From an uncultured Chlamydiae bacterium (GTDB taxonomy: Bacteria; Chlamydiota; Chlamydiia; Chlamydiales; Parachlamydiaceae), in NCBI GenBank assembly GCA_963754655.1, contig CAVWGN010000001.1, positions 2,048,001 through 2,112,000 of the forward strand: a stretch of DNA of 64,000 bases, written 5' to 3'. The position numbers and the translations under genes are program-made. The notes under the pieces are model-generated. The model was not told where the DNA came from, searched no databases, and saw nothing but the letters and a program-made list of their open reading frames with translations. Positions 9,033-19,408 of the stretch are shown here, piece after piece (within the stretch, counting starts at the first letter, position 1; each line of letters opens with the position of its first letter).

Positions 9033-11663
9033 ATGGCTAACCAATTTACAGATAGTGTGACAGAAGCCTTACAAGCTGCTTTTGCTGAGGCTCAAAGGCG
9101 CAATCAAACCGAAGTGACAGAAAACCATCTTTTATGGGCTTTTTTACAAGATCCTCAAGGCTATTTTAATTCTATTTTATCTAATCTAGGGACAAAACCT
9201 CAAACACTTTTACGTGAGGTCGAGCACAGCCTGGAGCATTTACCGACATTTACAGGAACAACAGCTCAGCCACCCACAGCCTCTCGCAACCTTCAAAGTC
9301 GAATTGCTGATGCCCAAAATATAGCGCAAAACTGGAAAGATTCTTATACAAGTAGCGACCACTTTTTAATTTCCTATTGGAAAAACGGAGGCGAACCTTT
9401 TGCTTCTTGGAAAAAGGAAACGAAGCTTTCGCTTAATCAAGTTGAAGAGCAAATTAAAAAAATTCGAGGTGATCGATCTATGGACTCTCCCGGAGCAGAA
9501 TCAAATTTACAAGCGCTTGATAAATACTGCAAAAATTTAACAGAGCTTGCTCGCAAAGGGAAGCTTGATCCCGTTATTGGACGTGATGAAGAAATCCGGC
9601 GCACTATGCAAGTTTTAAGCCGTCGCACCAAAAACAATCCAATGTTAATTGGAGATCCAGGTGTAGGAAAAACAGCCATTGCCGAAGGGCTTGCCCAGCG
9701 CATTATCCAACAAGACGTGCCTGATTCTCTGAAAAATCGACAATTGCTCGCCTTGGATATGGGAAGTTTAATTGCAGGAACGAAATACCGGGGGGAATTT
9801 GAAGAACGCTTAAAAGGCATCTTGCAAGATATCGAGAAAAGCAATGGACAAATTCTTCTCTTTATTGATGAAGTCCATACTCTGATTGGAGCAGGGGCAA
9901 CAGAAGGAGCAATGGATGCCGCCAACTTACTCAAACCAGCTTTAGCAAGAGGAACTTTACACTGCATTGGTGCAACTACGCTCAATGAGTACCAAAAGTA
10001 CATTGAGAGAGATGCAGCGCTTGAACGCCGTTTTCAACCCATTATGATCAACGAACCTAGCGTAGAAGATTCCATTGCCATTCTGCGTGGATTGCGCGAG
10101 CGATACGAAATTTTCCATGGCGTTCACATTACAGAATCTGCCATTCATGCCGCGGTCCTTTTATCCTATCGCTACATTACTGATCGACGTTTGCCTGACA
10201 AAGCCATCGATCTGATTGACGAAGCGGCAAGCTTAATTCGCATGCAATTGGGTAGTCGTCCTCTTCCTATTGATAACAAAGAACGCGAACTCGCAACCCT
10301 AATTGTTGAACAAGAGGCAATGAAGCGTGAAAATACTCCTTTGGCTAAAAATGAAGTTGAAAAACTCGAGGGGCGCATTGCGAAGATCAAAGAAGAGTTA
10401 AGCATTCTGCGCCAACAATGGGAACAGGAAAAGAAGATCATTGAAGCTCTAAAGGAAAAAAAGGATCAATTAGAGAAACTTCGTTTTCAAGAAGAAGAAG
10501 CAGACCGCAAAGCCGATTACAATCGCGTGGCTGAATTACGCTATAATAGCATTCCCAAGCTGCAAAAGGACATTGAACAGCTTCAACAGCAATTGAATGA
10601 AAAACCCAATCGCCTTTTACAAGAAGAAGTAGATGAACACCTCATTGCCCAAATTGTTGCAAAATGGACTGGCATCCCTGTCCACAAGATGTTGGAAGGA
10701 GAAGCCGAACGGCTTTTGCATCTTGAAAAAGAAATTGAAAAGCGCGTAGTAGGACAAGACCTAGCTGTCAAGGCTGTTTGCGAAGCAATTAGACGCTCAA
10801 GATCAGGCTTGAGCGATCCTAATAGACCCATGGGAGCCTTTCTCTTTTTAGGTCCTACAGGCGTTGGAAAAACTGAATTAGCCAAAGCACTTGCTTTTCA
10901 ACTATTCAATCAAGAAGAAGCATTGATTCGGGTTGATATGTCTGAATACATGGAAAAGCACACTGTTTCCAAACTCATAGGCTCTCCTCCCGGATATATT
11001 GGCTATGAAGAAGGAGGACAGCTAACGGAAGCTTTGCGCCGTCGGGCCTATTCTGTTGTGTTGTTCGATGAAATTGAGAAGGCACATCATGATGTCTTTA
11101 ACATTCTGCTACAAGTCTTCGATGATGGTCGTTTAACTGATAGCAAGGGGCGAGTCGTTAACTGCAAAAATGCCTTGTTCATCATGACGTCGAATTTAGG
11201 ATCTGATCGCCTCTTAGAAGCCATAGAGCGCATTCATAAAAACTTGAATAAGGATGAAATTATGCTGATCCTAGACCCGGTGATTAAGAACCATTTTCGG
11301 CCTGAATTCATCAATCGCCTTGACGACATTTTACCGTTCTTGCCTCTACGCGAACAAGATATGGAAAAAATCGTCACGATTCAACTCCATCTCCTTGCCA
11401 AGCGATTGCATAGCCGGGATGTGGAATTGGGCTGGACACCTCAAGTTTTAGCCCATTTAGCCACAGAAGGATATGATCCTGCATTTGGCGCTCGTCCCCT
11501 CAAACGTTATATTCAGCAAGAAGTAGTGAATAAGCTTTCATCCGCCATTTTAGAAGGTAAAATTCCACCCAAGAGCAAGGTGAAGCTAGAATTAAGTCAA
11601 CAGGAAATAACCTTTAAAGTGACTCATGGAAAGGTTACAGATGACGAAATGAACGACGGATAA
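9033..11663 (+). CDS. clpB: ATP-dependent chaperone ClpB
   Basis: Two AAA+ modules (GDPGVGKT, GPTGVGKT), long coiled-coil middle domain, FRPEFINR, FGARPLKR. Confidence 0.97.
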   Translation: MANQFTDSVTEALQAAFAEAQRRNQTEVTENHLLWAFLQDPQGYFNSILSNLGTKPQTLLREVEHSLEHLPTFTGTTAQPPTASRNLQSRIADAQNIAQNWKDSYTSSDHFLISYWKNGGEPFASWKKETKLSLNQVEEQIKKIRGDRSMDSPGAESNLQALDKYCKNLTELARKGKLDPVIGRDEEIRRTMQVLSRRTKNNPMLIGDPGVGKTAIAEGLAQRIIQQDVPDSLKNRQLLALDMGSLIAGTKYRGEFEERLKGILQDIEKSNGQILLFIDEVHTLIGAGATEGAMDAANLLKPALARGTLHCIGATTLNEYQKYIERDAALERRFQPIMINEPSVEDSIAILRGLRERYEIFHGVHITESAIHAAVLLSYRYITDRRLPDKAIDLIDEAASLIRMQLGSRPLPIDNKERELATLIVEQEAMKRENTPLAKNEVEKLEGRIAKIKEELSILRQQWEQEKKIIEALKEKKDQLEKLRFQEEEADRKADYNRVAELRYNSIPKLQKDIEQLQQQLNEKPNRLLQEEVDEHLIAQIVAKWTGIPVHKMLEGEAERLLHLEKEIEKRVVGQDLAVKAVCEAIRRSRSGLSDPNRPMGAFLFLGPTGVGKTELAKALAFQLFNQEEALIRVDMSEYMEKHTVSKLIGSPPGYIGYEEGGQLTEALRRRAYSVVLFDEIEKAHHDVFNILLQVFDDGRLTDSKGRVVNCKNALFIMTSNLGSDRLLEAIERIHKNLNKDEIMLILDPVIKNHFRPEFINRLDDILPFLPLREQDMEKIVTIQLHLLAKRLHSRDVELGWTPQVLAHLATEGYDPAFGARPLKRYIQQEVVNKLSSAILEGKIPPKSKVKLELSQQEITFKVTHGKVTDDEMNDG

Positions 11664-12165
11664 CTTTGCGTAAAATGTCATCGTTAACCAATTCCCCTTT
11701 TAATGAAAAGTAAAGGGCAAGTAATCCAAGGCCTAAGGTAGGACTGATTAATCCAAGCATAAAACCAAATCCAGCAACAAAGGTATTTATGACAATCTTC
11801 CAAAAACTTCGTAAACCTTGATTAAGACCTCGATTTTGAAATAAAGACAAGGTTGCAAGAACGGTCAAAGCAATTGACCAAAGAAGCATTCCTAATCCAA
11901 ATACAAAGCAAAAAATGAGTCCTAACAAACAAATAAAACGCAATGAAACAGGCCCTTTTGAAGATTTCGTTTGTTCTTTTTTGGCCTGGGAGGAGCCATT
12001 AGGCTTGTTAGAAGAATCAGACTCAAAATGGGTATATTGAATTTTTCCGGGACGATCATCAATCAGAATAAATTCAGGACGCTTAAATTGAGGTTTTTCC
12101 TCTTCTGTATCACCACCCTGATGAGAAAAATCCTCTTCTTGGGGGAAAAGTGGAGTATTTGACAT
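11635..12165 (-). CDS. Hypothetical membrane protein
   Basis: 176 aa, hydrophilic N-terminus then two long hydrophobic stretches; 3' end overlaps clpB 3' end by 29 bp. Confidence 0.7.
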   Translation of the reverse strand: MSNTPLFPQEEDFSHQGGDTEEEKPQFKRPEFILIDDRPGKIQYTHFESDSSNKPNGSSQAKKEQTKSSKGPVSLRFICLLGLIFCFVFGLGMLLWSIALTVLATLSLFQNRGLNQGLRSFWKIVINTFVAGFGFMLGLISPTLGLGLLALYFSLKGELVNDDILRKVIRRSFRHL

Positions 12166-12271
12166 GAAATAATCCTAATAATTTCACTCTAAAGACTATA
12201 CAATTATATTAACATATTTAAAGATGAAATTCAATGAATTAAAATTTAAAATCTGAAGATGAATCTAGGCA

Positions 12272-13669
12272 TTATCTTTTAAATTTAATTTTATTAATGC
12301 CATTGAGCGCTGCAATACGATATCCCTCAGCATAAGTGGGATAATTGAATACATGATCAATAAAGTAATCGAGATGGGCTCGCAAACTAATGGCCATTTG
12401 CCCGATATGAACCACTTCGGTAGCATTACGGCCAATGACATGGATCCCTAAGATTTCAAGAGTTTCTGAATGAAAAAGAATTTTAAAAAGCCCTGAATTA
12501 CTTCCTGCGATATGACTTCTTGCAATTTCATAGAAATGTGCCCTTCCTACTTCATAGTGAAATCCCCAAGCCTTTAATTCTTCTTCCGTATAACCACAAG
12601 AGGAAATTTCGGGAATTGTATAAATTCCAATAGGATAAAAAGTGGGAAAATGGTGGGTTTGAACGCCACAGGCATGGCGTGCGGCCAATCGCCCTTGTTC
12701 CATACTTGTCGAGGCCAAGCACGGGCCCCCAATGACATCTCCGACCGCGTAAATAGAAGGCACCACTGTTTGAAATAGGGCGTTGACAGGAATGTATCCT
12801 TTAACATCTACTTTAATTCCTGTATTTTCAAGATGTAAAGCCTCAACATTTGCTGTGCGCCCTAGAGCATAAAGTAACACATCTGCCTCTAAAGTTGAGC
12901 CATCTTTAAAACGAACAAAAGCATGATTATCTTGGCGTAAAATTTGAATAGGTTCTTTTTTTCCTTTAAACTTAAGTCCAATATCAGTCAACGCTGTTTG
13001 CAGATGAATTCCAATTTCTGCATCTAACATAGGCAACATGTGTTCTTTGCGGTCAATGACAGTGACTTCTGTTCCCAATGCAGCAAAAAAACTGGCATAT
13101 TCAGATCCAATCACCCCTCCTCCTAAGACAATCATGCTTTTGGGAACTTTTCCAATTCCCAATAAAGTTGTTGAATCCAAAATGACCTCGCGGTCAAAAG
13201 GAACATCGGAAGGATTGCGAGGATTAGAGCCAGTCGCAATAACAAAAAACTCCGCCTTAATTTGGTATTTAAGACGAAAATCCCTATCCACCACAATGAG
13301 GGTATTTTGATTCTCAAAGCGAGCAGAGCCTTGAAGAAATTGAATATTATTCTTTTTGAATTGCCTTGAAATAATATTGCGCTCTTCTTGTATCACAGCA
13401 TGGAGACGGTAATTGAGGTCATCAATTGTCACTTCTGATCGAATCTGCTCACGTCCCTCAAAGTGACGATCATAAAACCGAGTTAAATCGACAACCGCTT
13501 CTCTAAATGTTTTAGAAGGCATCGTACCGGAATAGAGACAAGCTCCTCCTGGATCAGGATCTTTTTCAACGACAATGACCCGTTTCCCCAATTTTGCTGC
13601 TTGAATGGCAGCTTTTTGACCTGATGGACCCGATCCAATCACAACCATATCTACTTTAAAATGTTCCAT
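12272..13669 (-). CDS. sthA: Soluble pyridine nucleotide transhydrogenase
   Basis: GSGPSGQKAAIQAAKLGK, GGACLYSGTMPSKT (single Cys), GIYTIPEIS, VFNYPTYAEGYRIAALNG. Confidence 0.92.
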   Translation of the reverse strand: MEHFKVDMVVIGSGPSGQKAAIQAAKLGKRVIVVEKDPDPGGACLYSGTMPSKTFREAVVDLTRFYDRHFEGREQIRSEVTIDDLNYRLHAVIQEERNIISRQFKKNNIQFLQGSARFENQNTLIVVDRDFRLKYQIKAEFFVIATGSNPRNPSDVPFDREVILDSTTLLGIGKVPKSMIVLGGGVIGSEYASFFAALGTEVTVIDRKEHMLPMLDAEIGIHLQTALTDIGLKFKGKKEPIQILRQDNHAFVRFKDGSTLEADVLLYALGRTANVEALHLENTGIKVDVKGYIPVNALFQTVVPSIYAVGDVIGGPCLASTSMEQGRLAARHACGVQTHHFPTFYPIGIYTIPEISSCGYTEEELKAWGFHYEVGRAHFYEIARSHIAGSNSGLFKILFHSETLEILGIHVIGRNATEVVHIGQMAISLRAHLDYFIDHVFNYPTYAEGYRIAALNGINKIKFKR

Positions 13670-13901
13670 ATTCTATCCTAGAACTAAGGGCTTTATCGCT
13701 GAAGTTCGATCTATACATACACTCTACATACATAGAAAACGACTAATTTTCAACACAACTTATAAATAAAATATTTAGTTGAAAATTTCTATTAATTTCT
13801 TGATTTCTATTTTGATTAAACCTTTGTAATTTATCACTTACTCAGTAATTGCTAATTAATTCTTAAAAATTTATAATAAAGTTGTATTATTTGAAGGATT
13901 T

Positions 13902-14345
13902 ATGCCTAAAGTCAACTTTTCTAAAGTCGAAAAATCTTTTGATAGGGCTTTACAAAAGCTCGTCATTGATTATCTTTCCGAATTGGCAACGATTGCTGAC
14001 GTAATTCAAGATCCAAAAGCTAATATAACAAGCAAAGCAATTGGAGAAATTATTGAGCGTTTTCAGAAGGAATTAAAAAAACTCAAGAAACGAGATCCTA
14101 AATTGTTTGAAAGGTTAAATCTTTTACCTGAAGAAGAGCAGCGTTTTGACCTTTCAGCACATGAATATTTGCAAGAAGATTGGCTTCGTTTAAAGACATT
14201 AAAATTACGTATTGACGAATTAAAGCATGAATTATATGGACAAGAGCACCTAGATGCCAAAAATGAAGCTCAAGTTGTCAAAGAACGTCGGCGCCACATC
14301 AATAAGCGCTTCAATATTCGAGAAGGGTGGCTTCCGTTACATTGA
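13902..14345 (+). CDS. Hypothetical protein
   Basis: 147 aa ORF with RBS-like AAGGA upstream; C-terminal RRRHINKRFNIREGWLPLH. Confidence 0.7.
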   Translation: MPKVNFSKVEKSFDRALQKLVIDYLSELATIADVIQDPKANITSKAIGEIIERFQKELKKLKKRDPKLFERLNLLPEEEQRFDLSAHEYLQEDWLRLKTLKLRIDELKHELYGQEHLDAKNEAQVVKERRRHINKRFNIREGWLPLH

Positions 14346-14474
14346 ATTTAGGTCATTAGACCGTGGGATAGATCCATTCATTTCTCTTCAAATTACCTAT
14401 TTTTAAACTTGTCTTTTAAGTTTCTTTCTGCTACATTTCCTATTTTATTTGTTGATCGCTATTGGAGAAACATT

Positions 14475-14750
14475 ATGTCAAAAGTATGTCAAGTTACAGG
14501 CAAAAAGGCCTCTCGGGGTTATAAATATGCTATTCGCGGTATTGCCAAGAAGCAGAAAGGGATTGGTCTTAAGGTCACTGGTAAGACAAAGCGCCGCTTT
14601 CAACCTAACCTCTTCAAGAAGAGGATTTGGTTTGCTGATGAAAATCGGTTTGTTAGCCTTAAGCTATCTACAGCAGCTATGAGAACGATTGATCGTCGAG
14701 GCATAGCCACTGTTGTACGTGAAATGCGCGCAAGGGGCGAATCCGTCTAA
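14475..14750 (+). CDS. rpmB: 50S ribosomal protein L28
   Basis: MSKVCQVTGK...RGIAKKQKGIGLKVTGKTKRRFQPNL; start set to ATG 14475 behind GGAG. Confidence 0.96.
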   Translation: MSKVCQVTGKKASRGYKYAIRGIAKKQKGIGLKVTGKTKRRFQPNLFKKRIWFADENRFVSLKLSTAAMRTIDRRGIATVVREMRARGESV

Positions 14751-14775
14751 CTTATCGCAAACGCGAGCCTAATTT

Positions 14776-14814
14776 AAGCCTTTAGTTTTTGATTTAAGCT
14801 AAAGGCTTCTTTTT
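14776..14814 (+). terminator. Intrinsic terminator after rpmB
   Basis: AAGCCTTTAG...CTAAAGGCTT stem followed by CTTTTT. Confidence 0.7.
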
Positions 14815-14969
14815 CTTTATAGATTTTGTTGAAATAAACTAATAACGATTTTAAACGAAAAAACCTCTAAGTTTCCGCTCAGAATCAACGCACGACAATC
14901 CCATGCGGATTTGATGCCATGCAGTCCAATCATATGGGCTTAAAATATTTCGCCGCTTCGCTCTATCTC

Positions 14970-15774
14970 CTAGTAGGTTTAGCCTATTGGGAGTGCTTGA
15001 AAGCTCCGGGCTAGGGTGTTCATTTTGTGCAAAAAATGAGCTTTATTTTTCACAATAATTGGCATAATTAAATTGAAGGTCGCATGTTTATGCCGTCCTT
15101 TCAGGACTCGATGTCTTTTTGATAGAACCCAGGCCTCCGCTTCGCTGCGGCCTGGGTTGTAACATGACGGCCCTTCAGGCCTTAACAAAAAGATGATTTA
15201 GGGACTATAGAAGAGGGACTTAAACACCTCTTGTTAAGGCCTGAAGGGCCGTCATGTTACAGCCCAGGTCGCAGCGAAGCGGAGGCCTGGGTTCTATCAA
15301 AAAGACATCGAGTCCTGAAAGGACGGCCCTTCAGGCCTTAACAAAAAAGATGATTTAGGGACTATAGAAGAGGGACTTAAACATCTCTTGTTAAGGCCTG
15401 AAGGGCCGTCATGTTACAGCCCAGGTCGCAGCGAAGCGGAGGCCTGGGTTCTATCAAAAAGACATCGAGTCCTGAAAGGACGGCCCTTCAGGCCTTAACA
15501 AAAAGATGATTTAGGGACTATAGAAGAGGGACTTAAACATCTCTTGTTAAGGCCTGAAGGGCCGTCATGTTACAACCCAGGTCGCAGCGAAGCGGAGGCC
15601 TGGGTTCTATCAAAAAGACATCGAGTCCTGAAAGGACGGCATAAACATGCGACCTTCAATTTAACTATGCCAATTATTGTGAAAAATAAAGCTCATTTTT
15701 TGCACAAAATGAACACCCTAGTCCCGGGGCTTTGAAGAGTCTAAATACACAAAACTAGTGTGGTTGAGTACTAG
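14970..15774. mobile_element. Composite palindromic element copy 2, core A (15012-15720) with internal triplication
   Basis: Same core and right shell arm as copy 1; a ~156 bp internal unit is present three times; terminal CTAG overlaps the metG stop codon. Confidence 0.9.
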
Positions 15775-17840
15775 CTTACTTCGCTTCCAGGCGGGCAATG
15801 TTCCACCTGAACTAATTCAAAGCCTTCTGCATATTTCGCTGCAAGCAGCATCCCCTCACTTTGAACTCCCATTAAACTGGCAGGCTGCAAATTAGCTACA
15901 AGGACAATGCGGCGTCCAATTAAATTTTCTGGTCGATAACTTTCGCCAATTCCTGACACAATCGTCCGCTCTTCTAAACCAATGTCTACTGTTAGCTTAA
16001 GCAGTTTTTTGCTTTTTGGAACAGGCTCCGCCTGTCGAATGATGCCAATGCGCAAATCCAATTTGCGTACATCTTCAATGCTGATTGCAGATTTTAAGGG
16101 TGGGATAGAGAGAGCTAAGGGGGCCGCTGAAGGCTTCTGTTCCTTGGTTGCTTGCGCTGCAGAAAGTTGTTGTAGTTTTTGAATTTCTTCTTCAATTTGG
16201 CTATCTTCCACTTTTTGAAACAAAATCTTGGGAGCTAGAATAGCTTGTCCTTTTGGAAATTTCTCAGAAAGAATAAGCGACCAACCTCTTTTCTCCAATG
16301 AGTCTTGGTAACCCAGCATCTTCCAAACACGTTCGGCAGTCGCGGGAATAATAGGGAATGAAATGAGAGCTAATGTTTTTAAACACTCTAGGCAACAAGC
16401 CAGCGTCGTTTCCATGCGCATACGCGTCTCTTCTTGCTTTGCATCCTGCCAAGGACGTTTGCTATCAAAGTAGATATTTCCAAGTTGTGCCAATTCCATG
16501 ACAAACTGACTAGCTCTGCGCAACTTAAATTGTTCATAGCTTTCAGCTACCTGGCGAGCAATTCCTTGAATATTCTGAAGAAAGTCTTGATCGATCGACT
16601 CTAAAGATTGCGCAGTAGGAGTGATTCCTTGGCACTGATTTTGAATAAAAACTAAAACACGATTCACTAAATTGCCATATTTTCCTAGCAATTCCCCATT
16701 ACAACGATGCTGAAAATCTTTCCAAGTAAATTCGCTATCAGCTGTTTCAGGAGCGTTGGATGCAATGGTATAGCGAATTTGATCCGTTGTATAGCGCTTA
16801 AAGAAATCTTCCAAATCAATATACCAACCGTCTGATTTACTGAATTGCCTTCCTTCCAAGTTATAAAATTCATTTGCGGGCAATTCATCAACAAGCTTAT
16901 AAGGCAGATTTTGTCCCATTTCCATTGCAGGGAAAATAGAAGCATGAAAGGGAATGTTATCTTTTCCAATAAATTGAACTAATTTTGTATGGGGATCAAA
17001 CCAATAGTCCTTCCAACGATCTGGCTGCTGAATGTTTAGCGCCCATTCTTTAGTGGCGGAAATATAACCAATGGGAGCATCAAACCAAACATAGAGGACT
17101 TTACCTTCTGCATCAGGCAAAGGAACAGGAATTCCCCAAGTCATATCACGAGTAATAGCCCTTGGATGTAAGTTCTCGATATAATCCTTGATGAAATTAA
17201 TAACATTGGGTTTCCAATGTTTGCCCTCCAGCCAAGATTTTAGTCGGTCCTTAAACAGATCCAATCGCAAAAACCAATGCTTAGTAGGCTTAAGAACTAA
17301 GGGAGAGTTGGTAAGTTTAGAGCGTGGATTTTTTAACTCAGTTGCATCATAACTCGCTCCACAACGCGGACATTCATCTCCACGAGCATTCTCAAAACTA
17401 CAACGCGGACAGGTTCCCGCTACATAGCGATCTGCCAAGAACTTATGATCCCTCTCTGAATAGAGCTGACCAGTCGTACGCGGTTCGATATAACCATTGG
17501 CAAGCAAATCTAAAAAGAATTGATGAGTAGGTTCTATATGTCCTTCCCAAGAGGTGCGAGAATAATGATCAAACGAAATCTGCAATTTCTCAAAAAAGTT
17601 GCGATTCACTTGATGGAAAATATCGACATGTTCTTTAGGACTTCTTTTAGCCAAATCGGCACTAAGAGTAATGGCAATGCCATATTCATCCGAGCCGCAA
17701 ATGTATACAACATCTTGCTTCATGAGGCGCTGAAAACGAACATAGCAATCAGCAGGAAGATAAGCACCTGCAATATGGCCAAAATGTAGCGGACCATTCG
17801 CATAGGGAAGGGCGGATGTAACAAGAATTTTTTGTGTCAT
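15771..17840 (-). CDS. metG: Methionine--tRNA ligase with C-terminal tRNA-binding domain
   Basis: SALPYANGPLHFGH, Zn knuckle CPRC...CPRC, YVWFDA, IGKDN, FSKS, C-terminal OB domain. Confidence 0.97.
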   Translation of the reverse strand: MTQKILVTSALPYANGPLHFGHIAGAYLPADCYVRFQRLMKQDVVYICGSDEYGIAITLSADLAKRSPKEHVDIFHQVNRNFFEKLQISFDHYSRTSWEGHIEPTHQFFLDLLANGYIEPRTTGQLYSERDHKFLADRYVAGTCPRCSFENARGDECPRCGASYDATELKNPRSKLTNSPLVLKPTKHWFLRLDLFKDRLKSWLEGKHWKPNVINFIKDYIENLHPRAITRDMTWGIPVPLPDAEGKVLYVWFDAPIGYISATKEWALNIQQPDRWKDYWFDPHTKLVQFIGKDNIPFHASIFPAMEMGQNLPYKLVDELPANEFYNLEGRQFSKSDGWYIDLEDFFKRYTTDQIRYTIASNAPETADSEFTWKDFQHRCNGELLGKYGNLVNRVLVFIQNQCQGITPTAQSLESIDQDFLQNIQGIARQVAESYEQFKLRRASQFVMELAQLGNIYFDSKRPWQDAKQEETRMRMETTLACCLECLKTLALISFPIIPATAERVWKMLGYQDSLEKRGWSLILSEKFPKGQAILAPKILFQKVEDSQIEEEIQKLQQLSAAQATKEQKPSAAPLALSIPPLKSAISIEDVRKLDLRIGIIRQAEPVPKSKKLLKLTVDIGLEERTIVSGIGESYRPENLIGRRIVLVANLQPASLMGVQSEGMLLAAKYAEGFELVQVEHCPPGSEVS

Positions 17841-18427
17841 TTGATGGGTTTTTGTACGATTAATAATTCAAAATCAGTTCCTGGAACCACTTGCCAGCCT
17901 AACAAGATTTTTGTCTCCAAATCAACATATAAGGGTCCAGGTTTTGTATAGGCATACTCCGATTCAATCCCTCGCGGAGCAGGAGTAGGAGAACATTCTG
18001 CTATTTGGAACCTCTCTAAAGTCCCATGGACCTCTCGAACAGCATCTTGTTGATCTTTACTCAAGCTGCCCCAAGAAATCCAATTACCGGGATAGCGCTT
18101 TTGCAGGAAAGTCCAATCGAGTTTAATGGTATCAAACCACGTGACACAATCCTGGAAAATGCGACCTGTTTCTCGACAGAAAGCAGCTCGACTTAATTTA
18201 AAAATGCGATTGTCATACTGATGAAAATCATATAAATAGCGCAAAATGCGTTCAGCTGAATAATAAGAAATTTCCGTTGTACGTCGCAAAGGAACTCCTG
18301 TATAGGGACTAACAGATTGAGAGCGTTGCGTAATTCGCCACCCTATCCAAAATAATAAGGCAAGAAAAGCGAATGATAGCAAAATCAATACTGCAAACAG
18401 AATGACCCAAAGCCCCTCTTCTCCCAT
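17837..18427 (-). CDS. Hypothetical protein with N-terminal transmembrane helix
   Basis: 196 aa; stop overlaps metG start (ATGA); operonic position. Confidence 0.75.
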   Translation of the reverse strand: MGEEGLWVILFAVLILLSFAFLALLFWIGWRITQRSQSVSPYTGVPLRRTTEISYYSAERILRYLYDFHQYDNRIFKLSRAAFCRETGRIFQDCVTWFDTIKLDWTFLQKRYPGNWISWGSLSKDQQDAVREVHGTLERFQIAECSPTPAPRGIESEYAYTKPGPLYVDLETKILLGWQVVPGTDFELLIVQKPIK

Positions 18428-18441
18428 AAGAGTGTCGTCTC

Positions 18442-18777
18442 CTATTTTTCTCCCTCAAACGCCTCAGCTGCCCGATACTTACGTTTTTCTGCACGCTCTT
18501 CATAGATGCTGGGTTGTGAACTTACACCATTTAAACCAGGTTCAGAACCGGTAGAGGAAGTGGTGATTTTAATTTCATCGAACTGATCTTTTCCTTCATG
18601 AATTTCTTCCAAAATCAACATCGCGCGATTTTGAATTTCAGATTTAACACGCGCATCACGGCCGGTTTTAATCATATTTTCTGCCAAGCTAATAGCATAA
18701 CTCACAAGATCAAAACTACTCTTAAATTTTTTTATTATTTCTTCATTGGTTAAATGAACTTTACCTTTTTTTTCCAT
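18442..18777 (-). CDS. rpoZ: Probable RNA polymerase omega subunit
   Basis: Directly downstream of gmk (canonical gmk-rpoZ order); LTNEEIIKKFKSSFDLVSYAI resembles the omega N-terminal motif. Confidence 0.75.
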   Translation of the reverse strand: MEKKGKVHLTNEEIIKKFKSSFDLVSYAISLAENMIKTGRDARVKSEIQNRAMLILEEIHEGKDQFDEIKITTSSTGSEPGLNGVSSQPSIYEERAEKRKYRAAEAFEGEK

Positions 18778-18802
18778 TTTTTCTCCTTAATTATTCATTT
18801 AT

Positions 18803-19399
18803 TTATTTCTTATGGCGTATTCGATGACACTCGGCAATAAAAATACTTTTGAGGATTTGGTAAGCAATATCGAGATCATCATTAATCAATTGGTAATCAT
18901 ATTGCTGAACTGCTTCAAGTTCCCTTTTGGCCCATTCCAACCGTTTTTTCATCATTTCAGAGCTCTCCGATTGCCTTTGCGTTAAACGGGTTCGCAAGAC
19001 TTCAATAGAGGGAGGCCGGATAAAAATTAAGGTAGCTGGAATTTTTCCCTTCAGCTGTAAGGCTCCTTGCGTATCAATGACTAAAACAACATGCTTGCCT
19101 TTTTGTTGTTGCTCTTTAATCCATTGATGAGAGGTGCCATAATAAGTTCCATACAGTTTCACATGTTCCAGAAAATCATTCGCAGCAATTTTAGCTACGA
19201 ATTCTGAATCCGTGATAAAATGATAGTGTACTCCTTCAATTTCCCCTTCCCGAGGTAGACGCGTTGTATAAGAAATACTGGCTATAATTGAGGGAAATTC
19301 ATGCACTAATCTTTGCACAAGTGTCGTTTTTCCAGTTCCTGCAGGGGCGCTCACAATAAAGACTAAACCTTCATTTGTTTCACCCAGCAGCGATGTCAT
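18803..19399 (-). CDS. gmk: Guanylate kinase
   Basis: SAPAGTGKTT P-loop; SYTTRLPREGEIEGVHYHF signature. Confidence 0.97.
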   Translation of the reverse strand: MTSLLGETNEGLVFIVSAPAGTGKTTLVQRLVHEFPSIIASISYTTRLPREGEIEGVHYHFITDSEFVAKIAANDFLEHVKLYGTYYGTSHQWIKEQQQKGKHVVLVIDTQGALQLKGKIPATLIFIRPPSIEVLRTRLTQRQSESSEMMKKRLEWAKRELEAVQQYDYQLINDDLDIAYQILKSIFIAECHRIRHKK

Positions 19400-19408
19400 A
19401 GAAATGAA

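Noticed and set aside
9437..10885. Antisense ORFs inside clpB (and similar ones in pnp, ftsH, ffh, ispG, collagen gene)
   Set aside because: Shadow ORFs opposite well-supported genes, no independent motifs.
14409..14474. Extended N-termini called by the ORF track for rpmB (also rnhB, rpmE2, lptF)
   Set aside because: Downstream ATGs match family N-termini and mostly have RBS-like motifs.
15166..15640. Possible CRISPR array
   Set aside because: Units are 156 bp and essentially identical throughout, with no unique spacers and no cas genes.
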